Below, one piece after another: positions 19,030-29,286 of a DNA stretch of 64,000 nucleotides. The stretch lies in the NCBI GenBank assembly GCA_900548385.1, contig URKJ01000005.1, forward strand, positions 67,793 to 131,792, in the 5' to 3' direction. The position numbers were made by a program, and so were the translations under genes. The stretch comes from an uncultured bacterium (lineage in GTDB: Bacteria > Verrucomicrobiota > Lentisphaeria > Victivallales > UBA1829). How positions within the stretch are numbered: position 1 is the stretch's first letter; the number at the start of each line of letters is the position of its first letter. The notes beneath the pieces are model-generated. The model saw only the letters and a program-made list of their open reading frames with translations, was not told the DNA's origin and ran no database searches.

Positions 19030-20801
19030 ACGGTTTCTCCTTCCCGGATTTTCCGGTTGATCCCGGCGTCCGCCTGAGCGTTCCGGTACAGTTTCCAGTT
19101 TACAAAAGCGGCAGCCAGTGCACAGAATGCGAGAAAACCGCAGACTGCAATGAACAGATTTCCATACCGTGCGTAGAACGTCGTCCGCGGATTGATCGGA
19201 ACCGGCACGCGGAAAACTTTGGCGGCCCGTTCCGGCTTGCCGAGAGAGATGGTATCAAGCAGTTCCCCGCGCGGAGAGACCAGCGTGGAATAGTTGGAAT
19301 TGCCGTTGCGCAGCTGAGGCAGACGCAGTTCCACCGCCCGGAACAGGCCGTTGACAAAATGCTGGTCGGATTCCCAACTTGCCGGATACCAGGCGTCGTT
19401 GGCGATGGTCAGAAGCAGGTTCGCGCCGTTGACCGCGTGTCCGCGCGACAGAAACGGAAACACCGATTCAAAACAGATCGAGATTCCCGCCCGAACGCCG
19501 GGAAGGACTTCCAGCGGATTGAAGCGTTTGCCGGAAGTGAGGTCGCGTCCCATGCCGATCATTCTGCCGAGCCACGGGAATTTGTCGCCGAACGGTACAT
19601 ATTCACCGAACGGCACGCGGTGGTATTTGTAGAAATAATCCTTTACCGCACCGCCGGGTTCGGTAATCAGCAGAGCGGCATTGTATACCTCGTATTCTTC
19701 CGGGGAATTGCCGGGAATCTGAAAGTCGATGCTGCCGACGAGGAACGGCACGCCGTGACGGTTCAGCAGTTCGCCGATACCGTTGCGGTATTCCTGCGAG
19801 AGTTCCGCACCGCCGCGATAGGCGTAGGGGACCGCGGTTTCCGGCCACACGATCAGGTCCAGTTTCCGGTTCGGAGCATTGCCGACCGGAGTCAGATTCC
19901 GGAGCTTTTCATCGCGTTCCAACAGCTGTCCGGAGAGGGAGAGGCAGACATCGAGCGCTTCTTTTGCTTCGGCGTATCCGGCGTCCCGGCGCTGGGAAAG
20001 ATCGGGTTGGACGAGTCCGATGTTCACATACCGCACCGTATCATCACGAAGCGCGTTGACGCGCATCAGGTGGAGTCCGGACACATAACACGCCAGTACG
20101 GCGGTGAATGCGGCGATCAATGGCCAGGGGCGCTGGTAACGGCGGGTGATCAGCGCCCGGCGGTATGAGATCAGTGCGAGCCCGGATGCGACGTTGACCA
20201 GTGCGATCAGAAAACTGACGCCGAACACGCCGGTGTATTCGCAGATCTGAATCAGGGGCAGATTGCGCCACTGCGAGGTGGCGAGGTAATCCCACGGGAG
20301 CCCCGTCATGATCCAGCCGCGCAGCCATTCGAGTACGCACCACGCGCCCGCATCGGCAAGAACGAAGAAAATACCGTTCAGCGGATTGCGGAACGGGACG
20401 GTTCCGGCGCAATACTCAAATCCCCGGAGTTTGTCTGCGACCGGATAAGCGAGATACCGCCAGAGAAAACGGTGGAACACCGCCCATGCCGCGGGAAACG
20501 CTCCGAGTACGAACGCAAGGATAAACGGAAGCGGCGGCGCGATCTCCCGGAGCCAGAAAAACGAGCAGAGACTCCAGAAATATCCCCATGTCATGCCTCG
20601 TCCGGCGGCGCCCCATGCGGAACAGTTCCGGCAGAGAAGAACCATCGGCAGAAGCGCGATCCATGCGATGAGGCTCCAGTTCGCCGCGGGAAACATCAGC
20701 GCGGAACATGCACCGGCCGCCGCAAGAAACAGATATTCCGCCGCTGTTCCTGTCCGGGTCGCAAAAAATGGATGCGGCCCTTCCTGTTTCCAAATATTCA
20801 T
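19026..20801 (-). CDS. lnt: Apolipoprotein N-acyltransferase
   Basis: A polytopic N-terminus is followed by a CN-hydrolase domain with DLIVWPETAVP and ISICFESVFP, which supply the Glu and Cys of the E/K/C triad. Confidence 0.88.
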   Translation of the reverse strand: MNIWKQEGPHPFFATRTGTAAEYLFLAAAGACSALMFPAANWSLIAWIALLPMVLLCRNCSAWGAAGRGMTWGYFWSLCSFFWLREIAPPLPFILAFVLGAFPAAWAVFHRFLWRYLAYPVADKLRGFEYCAGTVPFRNPLNGIFFVLADAGAWCVLEWLRGWIMTGLPWDYLATSQWRNLPLIQICEYTGVFGVSFLIALVNVASGLALISYRRALITRRYQRPWPLIAAFTAVLACYVSGLHLMRVNALRDDTVRYVNIGLVQPDLSQRRDAGYAEAKEALDVCLSLSGQLLERDEKLRNLTPVGNAPNRKLDLIVWPETAVPYAYRGGAELSQEYRNGIGELLNRHGVPFLVGSIDFQIPGNSPEEYEVYNAALLITEPGGAVKDYFYKYHRVPFGEYVPFGDKFPWLGRMIGMGRDLTSGKRFNPLEVLPGVRAGISICFESVFPFLSRGHAVNGANLLLTIANDAWYPASWESDQHFVNGLFRAVELRLPQLRNGNSNYSTLVSPRGELLDTISLGKPERAAKVFRVPVPINPRTTFYARYGNLFIAVCGFLAFCALAAAFVNWKLYRNAQADAGINRKIREGETV

Positions 20802-21000
20802 TGATCGACTCTCCGAAATTGATGTTGTTGCGCCGTTCCGCCCGGTACGGCTGCGGATAATATGCTATTGCCACGGATTTTTTCAAGTCCGATCCGTTTA
20901 TTTTTCCATGATCCGTTTGATTTTTCCGAAAACGCATGGTATTGTCTTTCCATTGCTTGAGGCTTGCAGTGTGCCGCATGGATTGCATAACACGGGAGAC

Positions 21001-21939
21001 ATGGTAATGAAGATCGTTGTTGACGGATTGACCCGTTCGTTCGGCCGGACTCTGGCGCTGGATCATATCTCATTTGAAATTCCGGATGGAACCGTTTACG
21101 GTTTTATCGGGACCAACGGAGCCGGCAAGACCACCGCCTTGCGGATCATGGCAGGACTCGACAGACCGGACTGCGGGGACGTCCGCTATGGTTCTCTGTC
21201 CGCTGTGGATTACCCGGAACGGATTCCCGGCGTCGCCGGATTCATGCCGGATACGCTGATGGACGCAAAGGATCTGCTCGTCTGGGAGTATCTTGATTTT
21301 TTCGCCCGCGCATACGGTCTGCGTGGAAAAGCGAAGGCGGACGCTCTGGCGCGGGTCAGTGAATATACCAGTCTTGACGGTCTTTCGGACCGTCCGCTTT
21401 CCGGACTTTCCAAAGGGATGAAACAGCAGGTTTCGCTTGCGCGGGTGCTGATTCACGATCCGCCGGTTCTTCTGCTCGATGAACCCGCCGCAGGACTGGA
21501 TCCCCGTGCGAGAGTGCTGCTGCGGGAGTCGCTCGGCAGGCTTGCGGCGACGGGGAAAACGGTTTTGATTTCCTCGCATATCCTCTGTGAGTTGGAAGAG
21601 ATGATCGGCGGGGTCGTCATCATTGAGCATGGCAGACTCTCCTATGCAGGGAGCCTTGACAATGCCGTTTCCCGTGCCGGTGCGGCGGGCTGTTCCGTAC
21701 TGCTTTCCCTGCGCGGAAAGGCGGAAGAATATCTGGAGGAACTGCGCCGTTTCCCGTTTGTTGCCGCGGTCCGTCCGACGGGAGCGCGGCAACTGCTGCT
21801 GACGCTTGGCGGAGAGGAGGAGTTCGGCGGGCAGATGGCGGAGCTGTTCCGGGCGGGACTGCCGATTACCGCGATGTCGCGTCCGGATCTGTCGCTGGAA
21901 GGTGTGTTTATGGATAATACGACCGGGGAGGTGCAGTGA
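21001..21939 (+). CDS. ABC transporter ATP-binding protein
   Basis: Walker A (GTNGAGKTT), the signature motif (LSKGMKQQ) and Walker B (LLLDEPAAGLD) are present. The start ATG 21001 (MVMKIVVDGL) replaces the ORF-track 20593. Confidence 0.88.
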   Translation: MVMKIVVDGLTRSFGRTLALDHISFEIPDGTVYGFIGTNGAGKTTALRIMAGLDRPDCGDVRYGSLSAVDYPERIPGVAGFMPDTLMDAKDLLVWEYLDFFARAYGLRGKAKADALARVSEYTSLDGLSDRPLSGLSKGMKQQVSLARVLIHDPPVLLLDEPAAGLDPRARVLLRESLGRLAATGKTVLISSHILCELEEMIGGVVIIEHGRLSYAGSLDNAVSRAGAAGCSVLLSLRGKAEEYLEELRRFPFVAAVRPTGARQLLLTLGGEEEFGGQMAELFRAGLPITAMSRPDLSLEGVFMDNTTGEVQ

Positions 21940-23252
21940 TGAGTATGAATTCCGCTTTTGTTCAATGGATTTCCCGGCGTTTCCCGGAAAATCTCAATCC
22001 GGTGTTTGTCAAGGAAATGCGGCAGATTCTCCATAGCGGCATTCCGCAGAGTCTCATTTTAATCCTGATTCTGTCAGGAGTGGTTTCCCTGCTGCTCGGT
22101 GCCGGATGTTACAACAGTAATGACCTGGTTACTTCTTTCTCTGTTTATCAGGTTTTTCTCGGGGGCATGATGCTGATCACCCCGCTTTGGTCTACTGCGC
22201 ACAGCGCTCAGGAACGGGCGCAGGACGGAATTGCGCCGGAGCTTTCCACCGTTCTTTCCCCGTCTGTGATTTTCAACGGAAAACTTCAGGCGGTGCTGCT
22301 GACGGATCTGGTGATTTTCCTTGCCGGACTGCCGTTTTTGATTTGTTTTTATGCCAGACAGACGGAACTGGCTCTGCTGAGTGTTTCGCATTGGACGACG
22401 CTGCTTCCCTGCACGATTCTGTTTCTGGTCGGAGAACGGAAGTCCGGTAAAAATCTCCATTCCAACAATTTCTGCCAGTTTGTCAGTCTGCTGTTCGTCG
22501 TGTTGCTGCTGTTTTTCGATTTTTCGAGGGAACGGGGAATGCCGGAGTATATGAGCATTATTTTGAAACTTTTTCTTGCCGTTTACTTCTATGTCTGGGG
22601 GATTGCCTGTCTGAAGCCGGAGAATTCAAACCGCATGTTTCTGCCGCGGCTTGCCGGACTGTTTCTGCTTGCGGCGTCGCTGCTCCTGATTCTCATGGGA
22701 AGCGGCATGGAATTCCTGCACACAGGAGGCTGTGCTTTTGCATATATCTGCGGATTTTATGCGGCGTTCAGTCTGCTGCTCTCACTCAATGAACCGTTGA
22801 AACCGTCCGCACGCTGTCTGCGCGGGATGCCGAAGGCTCCGTTTGACCGTCTGACGGCGGTGTTCCGCACGGGGGCATATCCGGGATACTGGTATTCCGC
22901 CGGTATTATGGCGGTCGGACTTGTCATTCTTTATCATGCAAGACCGCTGGTAAGGAATGTAGATGCGCGGATTGTGCTCCCGTTCGGGATGATGCTGACG
23001 ACTTTGTTTTACGCGACCGTTGCACTGCTGCTGAAACCGTATTTCAAAATCTCCGGGGCGTTTCTTTTCCTGCTTGTGCTTGGCGCGGGTGCCATTCTGG
23101 CGACCCTGTCGCCGTACATTCCGGATGCGCAGATTTTCTGTTTCTTCTATTCGACGGATGGGATCAGCAGCCGCCAGATAGCGGTCTGTCTTGTTCCGGT
23201 TGTTCTGCTGCTGATCCGGCAGCTGTATCAGCGGTTCAGAGATCGTTCCTGA
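21936..23252 (+). CDS. Polytopic membrane protein coupled to the ABC ATPase (putative atypical permease)
   Basis: The start overlaps the ATPase stop (GTGATGA). The 438-aa protein has about 10-12 helices and no motif I recognise. Its 3' end overlaps the convergent uvrA by 17 nt. Confidence 0.6.
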   Translation: MMSMNSAFVQWISRRFPENLNPVFVKEMRQILHSGIPQSLILILILSGVVSLLLGAGCYNSNDLVTSFSVYQVFLGGMMLITPLWSTAHSAQERAQDGIAPELSTVLSPSVIFNGKLQAVLLTDLVIFLAGLPFLICFYARQTELALLSVSHWTTLLPCTILFLVGERKSGKNLHSNNFCQFVSLLFVVLLLFFDFSRERGMPEYMSIILKLFLAVYFYVWGIACLKPENSNRMFLPRLAGLFLLAASLLLILMGSGMEFLHTGGCAFAYICGFYAAFSLLLSLNEPLKPSARCLRGMPKAPFDRLTAVFRTGAYPGYWYSAGIMAVGLVILYHARPLVRNVDARIVLPFGMMLTTLFYATVALLLKPYFKISGAFLFLLVLGAGAILATLSPYIPDAQIFCFFYSTDGISSRQIAVCLVPVVLLLIRQLYQRFRDRS

Positions 23253-26100
23253 GAATATCCGCCAGATAGCGCCCCGTATGGGAGCTTTTTACCTTGACGA
23301 TCTGCTCCGGCGTGCCTTTTGCGACGATCTGCCCGCCGGCGTCGCCGCCTTCGGGCCCGATGTCGATGATGTAGTCCGCCATCTTGATTACATCCAGATT
23401 GTGTTCGATTACAATGATCGTATTGCCTTTGTCGCGCAGACGGATCAGTACGTCGAGCAGCTGTTTGATGTCTTCCAGATGCAGTCCGGTCGTCGGCTCG
23501 TCGAGAATGTAGACCGTGTGCCCGCGCGACTGTTTGGCGAGTTCGGTTGCGAGTTTCACGCGCTGAGCCTCCCCGCCGGAAAGCGTGGTCGCCGGCTGAC
23601 CGAGAGTGATATAGCCCAGACCGACTTCCTGAAGCGTTTTGAATTTGCGGTGGACCTGCGGGATTGCGGAGAAGAAATCGACCGCTTCGTCGACCGTCAT
23701 TTCGAGAATTTCCGCAATGTTGCGCTTCTTGTATTGAACGGTGAGAGTCTCTTTGTTGAAACGCTGTCCGTGACAGGCGGAACAGGTCACATAAATGTCG
23801 GGAAGGAACTGCATTTCAATTTTCTTGATACCGTCGCCCTGACACTCTTCGCAGCGTCCGCCTTTGACATTGAAGCTGAATCTTCCGGGAGTGAATCCGC
23901 GGATTTTGGAATCGGGAAGCGATGCGAACAGGTTTCGGATTGCGCCGAAGGCTTCCGTGTAAGTGACGGGATTCGAGCGCGGGGTGCGCCCGATGGGGCT
24001 CTGGTCGATCACGATTGCCTTGTCCACATTGTCGAGCCCGGTAATGCGTTTGTGCGGACCGGGGATTGCGGCGTCCGCCATCTTGAATTTCTGTTCAAGC
24101 GCGGCGCGGAGAACGCCGTTCACCAGGGAGCTTTTGCCGGAGCCGGAAACGCCGGTTACACAGCAGAACGTTCCGAGCGGGAAATCGACCGTCACGTTTT
24201 TCAGGTTGTGGTGCGTCACGCCTTCCAGCCGGATCGTTTTTCCGTTGCCTTTTTCGCGTTTCGGCGGAATCTGGATCTTGAGTTCGCCGGAGAGATACTG
24301 TCCTGTCAGGGAGCCTTTGGTTCCGGCGATTTCATCCGGCTTTCCCGCGGCAACGATTTCGCCGCCGTGCACGCCGGCGCGCGGACCGAGGTCCAGCACA
24401 TAGTCGGCGGCGCGGATGGTGTCCATGTCATGCTCCACCACGATGACCGTGTTGCCGATATTGCGGAGCCGTTTGAGCGTGGCGAGCAGTTTGTCGTTAT
24501 CCCGCTGATGGAGTCCGATACTCGGTTCGTCGAGGATGTAGAGCACGCCGACCAGTCCGCAGCCGAGTTGAGTCGCCAGCCGGATGCGCTGTGCTTCCCC
24601 GCCGGAAAGCGTTCCGCTTTCGCGGTTGAGCGTCAGGTACGGAAGCCCCACGTCCACGAGGAACGAGAGGCGCGAATGGATCTCCCTGACGATGTCGTGT
24701 GCGATTGCGCGGCGCTCCTCGTCGAGTTCCAGTCCGGCGATGAACGCCTGTGCATTTTCCACGGAGAGCGCGTTGAATTTGTCAATGGAAAGCCCTCCGA
24801 CCGTGACAGCGAGGCTTTCCGGCTTGAGGCGCGCGCCGTGGCAGACGGGGCATTCGCAACGGGTCATATATTCGGACAGACGTTCCCGGACGGAGTCGCT
24901 TTCCGATTCCGCCTGCCGCTTCTGCATGTTTGCAAGAATGCCTTCAAACGGCTTTACCATGTTGTATTTCTTGTGGCGGAGATAATAGCTGAAGTCGATC
25001 GGGGTTTCTCCGCTTCCGTAAAGCAGAAGATGCTGGACCTCGTCGGGCAGTTTTCCGAACGGCGTCGTCATCATCTCCGGCATGTTGAGGTGTGCGGCGA
25101 TGGAGCGGAGCAGATGATTGTAGTACATGATGAGATGCCGGGGACCGCGCCGCCAGCCGGGGATTGCGCCGTTGCGCAGGGATTTCGTGTAATCGACCGC
25201 CAGTTTCGGGTCCATCACCAGCATGGAGCCGAGTCCGTTGCAGTGCGGACAGGCGCCGAACGGACTGTTGAACGAGAAATTGCGCGGTTCCATACTGCCG
25301 AAACTGACGCCGCAGTCGACACATGCCAGCCGTTCGCTGATGCGTTCGTCTTTCCAGGAACGGGTATTGTCGTGCGCGGTCTCTTCGAGAACGACGATCA
25401 ATTCCCCGCCGCCGCATTTGAGCGCGGTTTCCACGGAATCGTTCAGCCGCGACCGTTCCAGCGATCCGGTGACCAGACGGTCCACGACCGCTTCTATGTC
25501 ATGCCGGAGCGTCTTGGCAAGCGGCTTCATCTCGTCGGTCAGTTCCACGATATGACCGTCTATCCGGGCGCGGACAAAACCGTCGCGCCGGATTTTGTCG
25601 ATCACGTCGCGCAGTTCGCCTTTCCGTCCGGTGATGTACGGCGCGAGGATCATCATTTTTTTCCCGGCGGGGATCGCGAGGATTTTTTCGCAGATTGCTT
25701 CCGCGGACTGAGCGGCGAGTTCCTTGCCGCATTTCGGGCAGTGCGGGATTCCGGTGTGCGCGTAAAGCAGGCGCAGGTAGTCGTAAATCTCCGTCACGGT
25801 GGCGACGGTTGAGCGCGGATTTGAACCGGCGGAACGCTGTTCGATGGCGATGGCGGGCGAAAGCCCTTCGATATGTTCGACTTTCGGTTTCTGCATCCGG
25901 TCGAGAAACTGACGCGCATAGGCGGAAAGGCTTTCCACATAGCGCCGCTGTCCTTCCGCATAAAGTGTGTCGAACGCAAGCGAGGATTTTCCGGAACCGC
26001 TGAGTCCGGTGACGACCGTCAGACTGTTGCGGGGAATTCTGACGTTAATATTTTTCAGATTGTGCTCGGAAGCACCTCGGATGATGATATCGCCGTTCAT
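23236..26100 (-). CDS. uvrA: Excinuclease ABC subunit A
   Basis: The 954-aa protein has two ABC modules (GLSGSGKSS and GVSGSGKSS), Zn-finger CxxC pairs and LSGGEAQR signatures. Confidence 0.97.
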   Translation of the reverse strand: MNGDIIIRGASEHNLKNINVRIPRNSLTVVTGLSGSGKSSLAFDTLYAEGQRRYVESLSAYARQFLDRMQKPKVEHIEGLSPAIAIEQRSAGSNPRSTVATVTEIYDYLRLLYAHTGIPHCPKCGKELAAQSAEAICEKILAIPAGKKMMILAPYITGRKGELRDVIDKIRRDGFVRARIDGHIVELTDEMKPLAKTLRHDIEAVVDRLVTGSLERSRLNDSVETALKCGGGELIVVLEETAHDNTRSWKDERISERLACVDCGVSFGSMEPRNFSFNSPFGACPHCNGLGSMLVMDPKLAVDYTKSLRNGAIPGWRRGPRHLIMYYNHLLRSIAAHLNMPEMMTTPFGKLPDEVQHLLLYGSGETPIDFSYYLRHKKYNMVKPFEGILANMQKRQAESESDSVRERLSEYMTRCECPVCHGARLKPESLAVTVGGLSIDKFNALSVENAQAFIAGLELDEERRAIAHDIVREIHSRLSFLVDVGLPYLTLNRESGTLSGGEAQRIRLATQLGCGLVGVLYILDEPSIGLHQRDNDKLLATLKRLRNIGNTVIVVEHDMDTIRAADYVLDLGPRAGVHGGEIVAAGKPDEIAGTKGSLTGQYLSGELKIQIPPKREKGNGKTIRLEGVTHHNLKNVTVDFPLGTFCCVTGVSGSGKSSLVNGVLRAALEQKFKMADAAIPGPHKRITGLDNVDKAIVIDQSPIGRTPRSNPVTYTEAFGAIRNLFASLPDSKIRGFTPGRFSFNVKGGRCEECQGDGIKKIEMQFLPDIYVTCSACHGQRFNKETLTVQYKKRNIAEILEMTVDEAVDFFSAIPQVHRKFKTLQEVGLGYITLGQPATTLSGGEAQRVKLATELAKQSRGHTVYILDEPTTGLHLEDIKQLLDVLIRLRDKGNTIIVIEHNLDVIKMADYIIDIGPEGGDAGGQIVAKGTPEQIVKVKSSHTGRYLADILRNDL

Positions 26101-26187
26101 TGTCGTTGTCTCCTGTCATAATCCGGTAATTTACATGGTTTCCCGGAAAAGACAACAGAAAACAGGAAATAGTTGCAAAAATATCGG

Positions 26188-27117
26188 TCATCCGCCGATG
26201 ATGTAATCGACCAGAACGTCCTGGATGCGGTATTTCCCGGCGAGGAGTTCCTTGAGCAGCGCCACCGCCCGGCGGGCAAGAGCGGGAAAATCCTGACGGA
26301 TCGTGAACTGACCGGGCATCAGAGTGTCGGAGATATGCGGAATGTGCCAGTGGATCAGTTCCACGTCCTGCGGGATACGCAGTCCCTGACGCCGGAGATC
26401 GGCAAACAGGCTCAGATCCGTCATTTCAAACGGGCAGATGATCGCGGTCAGTTTTTCCCTGCGGAGATAAGCGCCCCAGTCGGAGCGGTCCGACAGTCCG
26501 GCATGGAAGGGTGTGATGCCGGACTGTGCGGCGAGTTCCCGGAAGCACTCTTTCCGCCGGGTGTGGTTGAGATTTCCCGCCATCGGTTTCCGGTCGATGT
26601 AAAGAACGCGGGAGTGTCCTGCCGTGCGCAGGTGTGTCACGATGGCGGACATCGCCATGCGGTCGTTGGAACAGACGGAGTAGATGCGGTCGGAATGATA
26701 GCTGAAATCGTTGATGCAGACCAGCGGGATCGGGTTCAGTTCCGACCATCTGCGTGCGGTTTTTCCTGTGTAGCAGAGAGAAATCGCGCCGTCGATGATT
26801 TTTTCGTTGAAAGAACGGAGATGGTTTTCCGGGATCAGTTCGTACTGGAACTCTTCGCTGTCCAGCTGTGCGGAGAGAGCATGAATGATTGAGGTGTTGT
26901 AAAAGCAGACGTCGTTGCCGAATGCGGGAACGACGACTGCGATATTAGTTCTGTTTTTTCCGATATACCCGAGTTCGCGTGCGGCGGAGAGAATCCGGCT
27001 TCTGGTTTCAACCGCCACATTTCCGGCATCCGAGAGAGCCCGTGCCACGGTGCAGTGTGCGTATCCGGTCCGCCGGGCGATCTCCCGGACCGTGATTTTT
27101 TGCGTTTTTTTCAACAT
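26188..27117 (-). CDS. LacI-family transcriptional regulator
   Basis: The HTH reads [44 protein letters not shown]. The gene is divergent from the glycoside hydrolase gene at 27219. Confidence 0.85.
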   Translation of the reverse strand: MLKKTQKITVREIARRTGYAHCTVARALSDAGNVAVETRSRILSAARELGYIGKNRTNIAVVVPAFGNDVCFYNTSIIHALSAQLDSEEFQYELIPENHLRSFNEKIIDGAISLCYTGKTARRWSELNPIPLVCINDFSYHSDRIYSVCSNDRMAMSAIVTHLRTAGHSRVLYIDRKPMAGNLNHTRRKECFRELAAQSGITPFHAGLSDRSDWGAYLRREKLTAIICPFEMTDLSLFADLRRQGLRIPQDVELIHWHIPHISDTLMPGQFTIRQDFPALARRAVALLKELLAGKYRIQDVLVDYIIGG

Positions 27118-27154
27118 TCTGAACTCATACTTGTTTCATTTTGTCTCATTTCCG

Positions 27155-27168
27155 GCGCTTGCAATCGC
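27155..27168. promoter_or_regulatory. Candidate LacI-type operator (imperfect 14-bp palindrome GCGCTTGCAATCGC)
   Basis: 12 of 14 positions are self-complementary around a TTGCAA core. It lies in the divergent region and overlaps the putative -35 of the GH promoter. Confidence 0.4.
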
Positions 27169-27187
27169 TCTTTTTTCAGAATATACT
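27159..27187 (+). promoter_or_regulatory. Sigma70-like promoter of the GH gene (TTGCAA-N17-TATACT)
   Basis: TTGCAA at 27159-27164, a 17-nt spacer, then TATACT at 27182-27187. An AAGGAGA Shine-Dalgarno site precedes ATG 27219. Confidence 0.45.
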
Positions 27188-27218
27188 ATATGCGGAACAG
27201 AAAAACAAAGGAGAAACG

Positions 27219-29114
27219 ATGAATATTTTTGAGAAAAACGATTTTTTCACCGGATGCAACTACTGGGCGTCCCATGCCGGGATTTACATGTGGCGCAACT
27301 GGAGCGCGGCGGATGTGGAACGGGATCTGGAATTGCTTGCCGCACATAATATGAATGTTCTGCGCGTGTTTCCGCTCTGGCCCGATTTTCAGCCGCTGAC
27401 CCGTTTTTACGGCGGCTGCGGCAGCAGGCAGGAGTTCGGGCAGAACGGCGGGCCGCTTCAGAATCCCGCCTGTATGGATATGGAAATGATGGAACGTTTC
27501 CGGTTTCTCTGCGACGCCGCGGAAAAAAACGGACAGAAACTGATTGTCGGTCTGCTGACCGGATGGATGAGCGGGCGCCTTTTTGTTCCGCCGGCGCTGG
27601 AGACGAAAAACGTGCTTACGGACCCGGAAGCGATCCAGTGGGAAGTCCGTTTTGTGCGTTGCTTTGTCAAAGCGTTGAAAGATCATCCGGCGATTGCCGC
27701 GTGGGACCTCGGCAATGAATGCAACTGCATGGCAGAAACTTCCGGTCCTGCGGAAATGTGGTTGTGGATGAATTCCATCGCCTCCGCGATCCGTCTGGAG
27801 GATCCGGTCCGCCCGGTCGTGTCCGGAATGCACAGCATCAGTTCAAGTCAGTTCGACAGCCAGAATCTTCAGACGCAGGGCGAACTGATGGATGTTCTCA
27901 CGACGCATCCCTATCCGCTGTTTACACCGGAATGTCATCATGAACCGTTCAACACCATGCGCAACGAACTGCATTCGTCGGCGGAATCGCTTCTGTATCA
28001 GGGCGTTGCCGGAAAACCGTGCTTCCCGGAGGAAGCCGGGGCGCTTGGTCCGATGGTCTGTTCCGTAGACCGTGCGGCGCTGAATCTGCGTGCGGCGCTC
28101 TTTTCCTCCTGGGCAAACGGACTTTCCGGATTCCTCTGGTGGTGTGCGTTTGACCAGACTCATTTTGATTATCCGCCGTATGACTGGACCGCGATCGAAC
28201 GGGAACTCGGCTTGTTCCGTACGGACCGTTCTGCGAAACGGACGGCGGAAGTGATGCGCGATTTTACGGCATTCCGCAAGAGCCTTCCGTTCGAGCTGCC
28301 GCCGCGCAGAGTCGATGCGGTCTGTCTGATTTCAGAAAAGGAGAACGGCTGGATCAACGCGTTCGGTGCGTTTCTCCTTTCCCGTCAGGCAGGATTTGAT
28401 ATCCGGTTTGCCGGAGGGGAACAGGAACTGCCGGAATCGGATTTCTACCTGCTTCCGTCGGTTGGTTCCTCGCAGGCCTATTCCCGCAAGACCTGGCTGG
28501 CAGTGCTTGAGAAAGTCCGCGCCGGGGCGGATCTGCTTGTTTCCGTGGAAGGTTCCGGTTATCTTTCCACGTTCCGGGAAGTTACCGGTGTGGAGGTTGA
28601 CGCCCGTTACCGCGAAGCGTGCAATCTGGAATTTTCGTTGAAATCGCATCCGGAACAGACGATGCGCGGAGTCAGTGCGTTCCGCTCTCTGGTGGTTGCC
28701 GAACGCGCCGAAGTGCTTGCCGCGGATACGGACGGCAATCCGGTGATGACCGTTGCGGATTATGGCAGAGGCCGGATCTTTTTTGTGAATCTCGCCGTTG
28801 AAAAGATGTCGGTTGCGGAGATGCCCGGCTGTTTCCATGGCGAAGCGCTGAATCCGCTTTACCTGCTTTACCGCGAGGCGGCGGATCGTATCGGGATCAA
28901 GCGGACGGCAACGAAACTTCTGCCGGGTGTCGGGATCACGGAACATGCGTTGGAAGATGGCCGTACGGTCTGCGTCGCGGTCAATTATGAACCGGAAGAG
29001 GCTGTCTGTCCGGTGGCCGTGAACGGCAAAGTCGTTCAGACCTGGAACGGGGAATGGAGTTCCGGAACTCTGCGGATCGCCGGCAATGACGCCGCGGTTT
29101 TCCTGGTGGAATAA
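27219..29114 (+). CDS. Cytoplasmic clan GH-A glycoside hydrolase with a GH42-type middle/trimerisation-like domain (family not assigned)
   Basis: There is no signal peptide. The TIM-barrel start reads NMNVLRVFPLWPDFQP, and the acid/base-like motif is AAWDLGNECN. The second half is flavodoxin-like (VDAVCLISEKENGW...FYLLPSVG). Confidence 0.65.
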   Translation: MNIFEKNDFFTGCNYWASHAGIYMWRNWSAADVERDLELLAAHNMNVLRVFPLWPDFQPLTRFYGGCGSRQEFGQNGGPLQNPACMDMEMMERFRFLCDAAEKNGQKLIVGLLTGWMSGRLFVPPALETKNVLTDPEAIQWEVRFVRCFVKALKDHPAIAAWDLGNECNCMAETSGPAEMWLWMNSIASAIRLEDPVRPVVSGMHSISSSQFDSQNLQTQGELMDVLTTHPYPLFTPECHHEPFNTMRNELHSSAESLLYQGVAGKPCFPEEAGALGPMVCSVDRAALNLRAALFSSWANGLSGFLWWCAFDQTHFDYPPYDWTAIERELGLFRTDRSAKRTAEVMRDFTAFRKSLPFELPPRRVDAVCLISEKENGWINAFGAFLLSRQAGFDIRFAGGEQELPESDFYLLPSVGSSQAYSRKTWLAVLEKVRAGADLLVSVEGSGYLSTFREVTGVEVDARYREACNLEFSLKSHPEQTMRGVSAFRSLVVAERAEVLAADTDGNPVMTVADYGRGRIFFVNLAVEKMSVAEMPGCFHGEALNPLYLLYREAADRIGIKRTATKLLPGVGITEHALEDGRTVCVAVNYEPEEAVCPVAVNGKVVQTWNGEWSSGTLRIAGNDAAVFLVE

Positions 29115-29215
29115 TTACCGGGAAACATTGAAAAGAACGAAGCACAAGAGCTGCTCGGTCATTTGTGGAAAATTTCCGCGATATGAGGCGGAGCGGCATT
29201 TCTTTGCGGAGAAAA

Positions 29216-29243
29216 TTTGACTTTTTTATATTCCGGATTATAT
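29216..29243 (+). promoter_or_regulatory. Sigma70-like promoter (TTGACT-N16-TATATT) of the CNNM/TlyC gene
   Basis: TTGACT at 29216-29221, a 16-nt spacer, then TATATT at 29238-29243. Confidence 0.4.
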
Positions 29244-29286
29244 TGTATTCATCCGCCGGGGAAAATGTCGGCTGAAGGGAGTTATT

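Noticed and set aside
23278-25812. An 844-aa ORF antisense to uvrA. Similar long antisense ORFs lie at 1200-2471, 8457-9485, 9623-10543, 17551-18831, 31053-32441, 37029-38306, 47517-48935, 52524-53996 and 56728-58518.
   Set aside because: In each case the opposite strand encodes a protein with unmistakable family motifs (UvrA, ArgJ, RsmB, GH5 and others). The antisense translations are R/G/H/P/Q-rich and low in complexity, and several cross real gene boundaries. These are typical shadow ORFs of a GC-rich genome.
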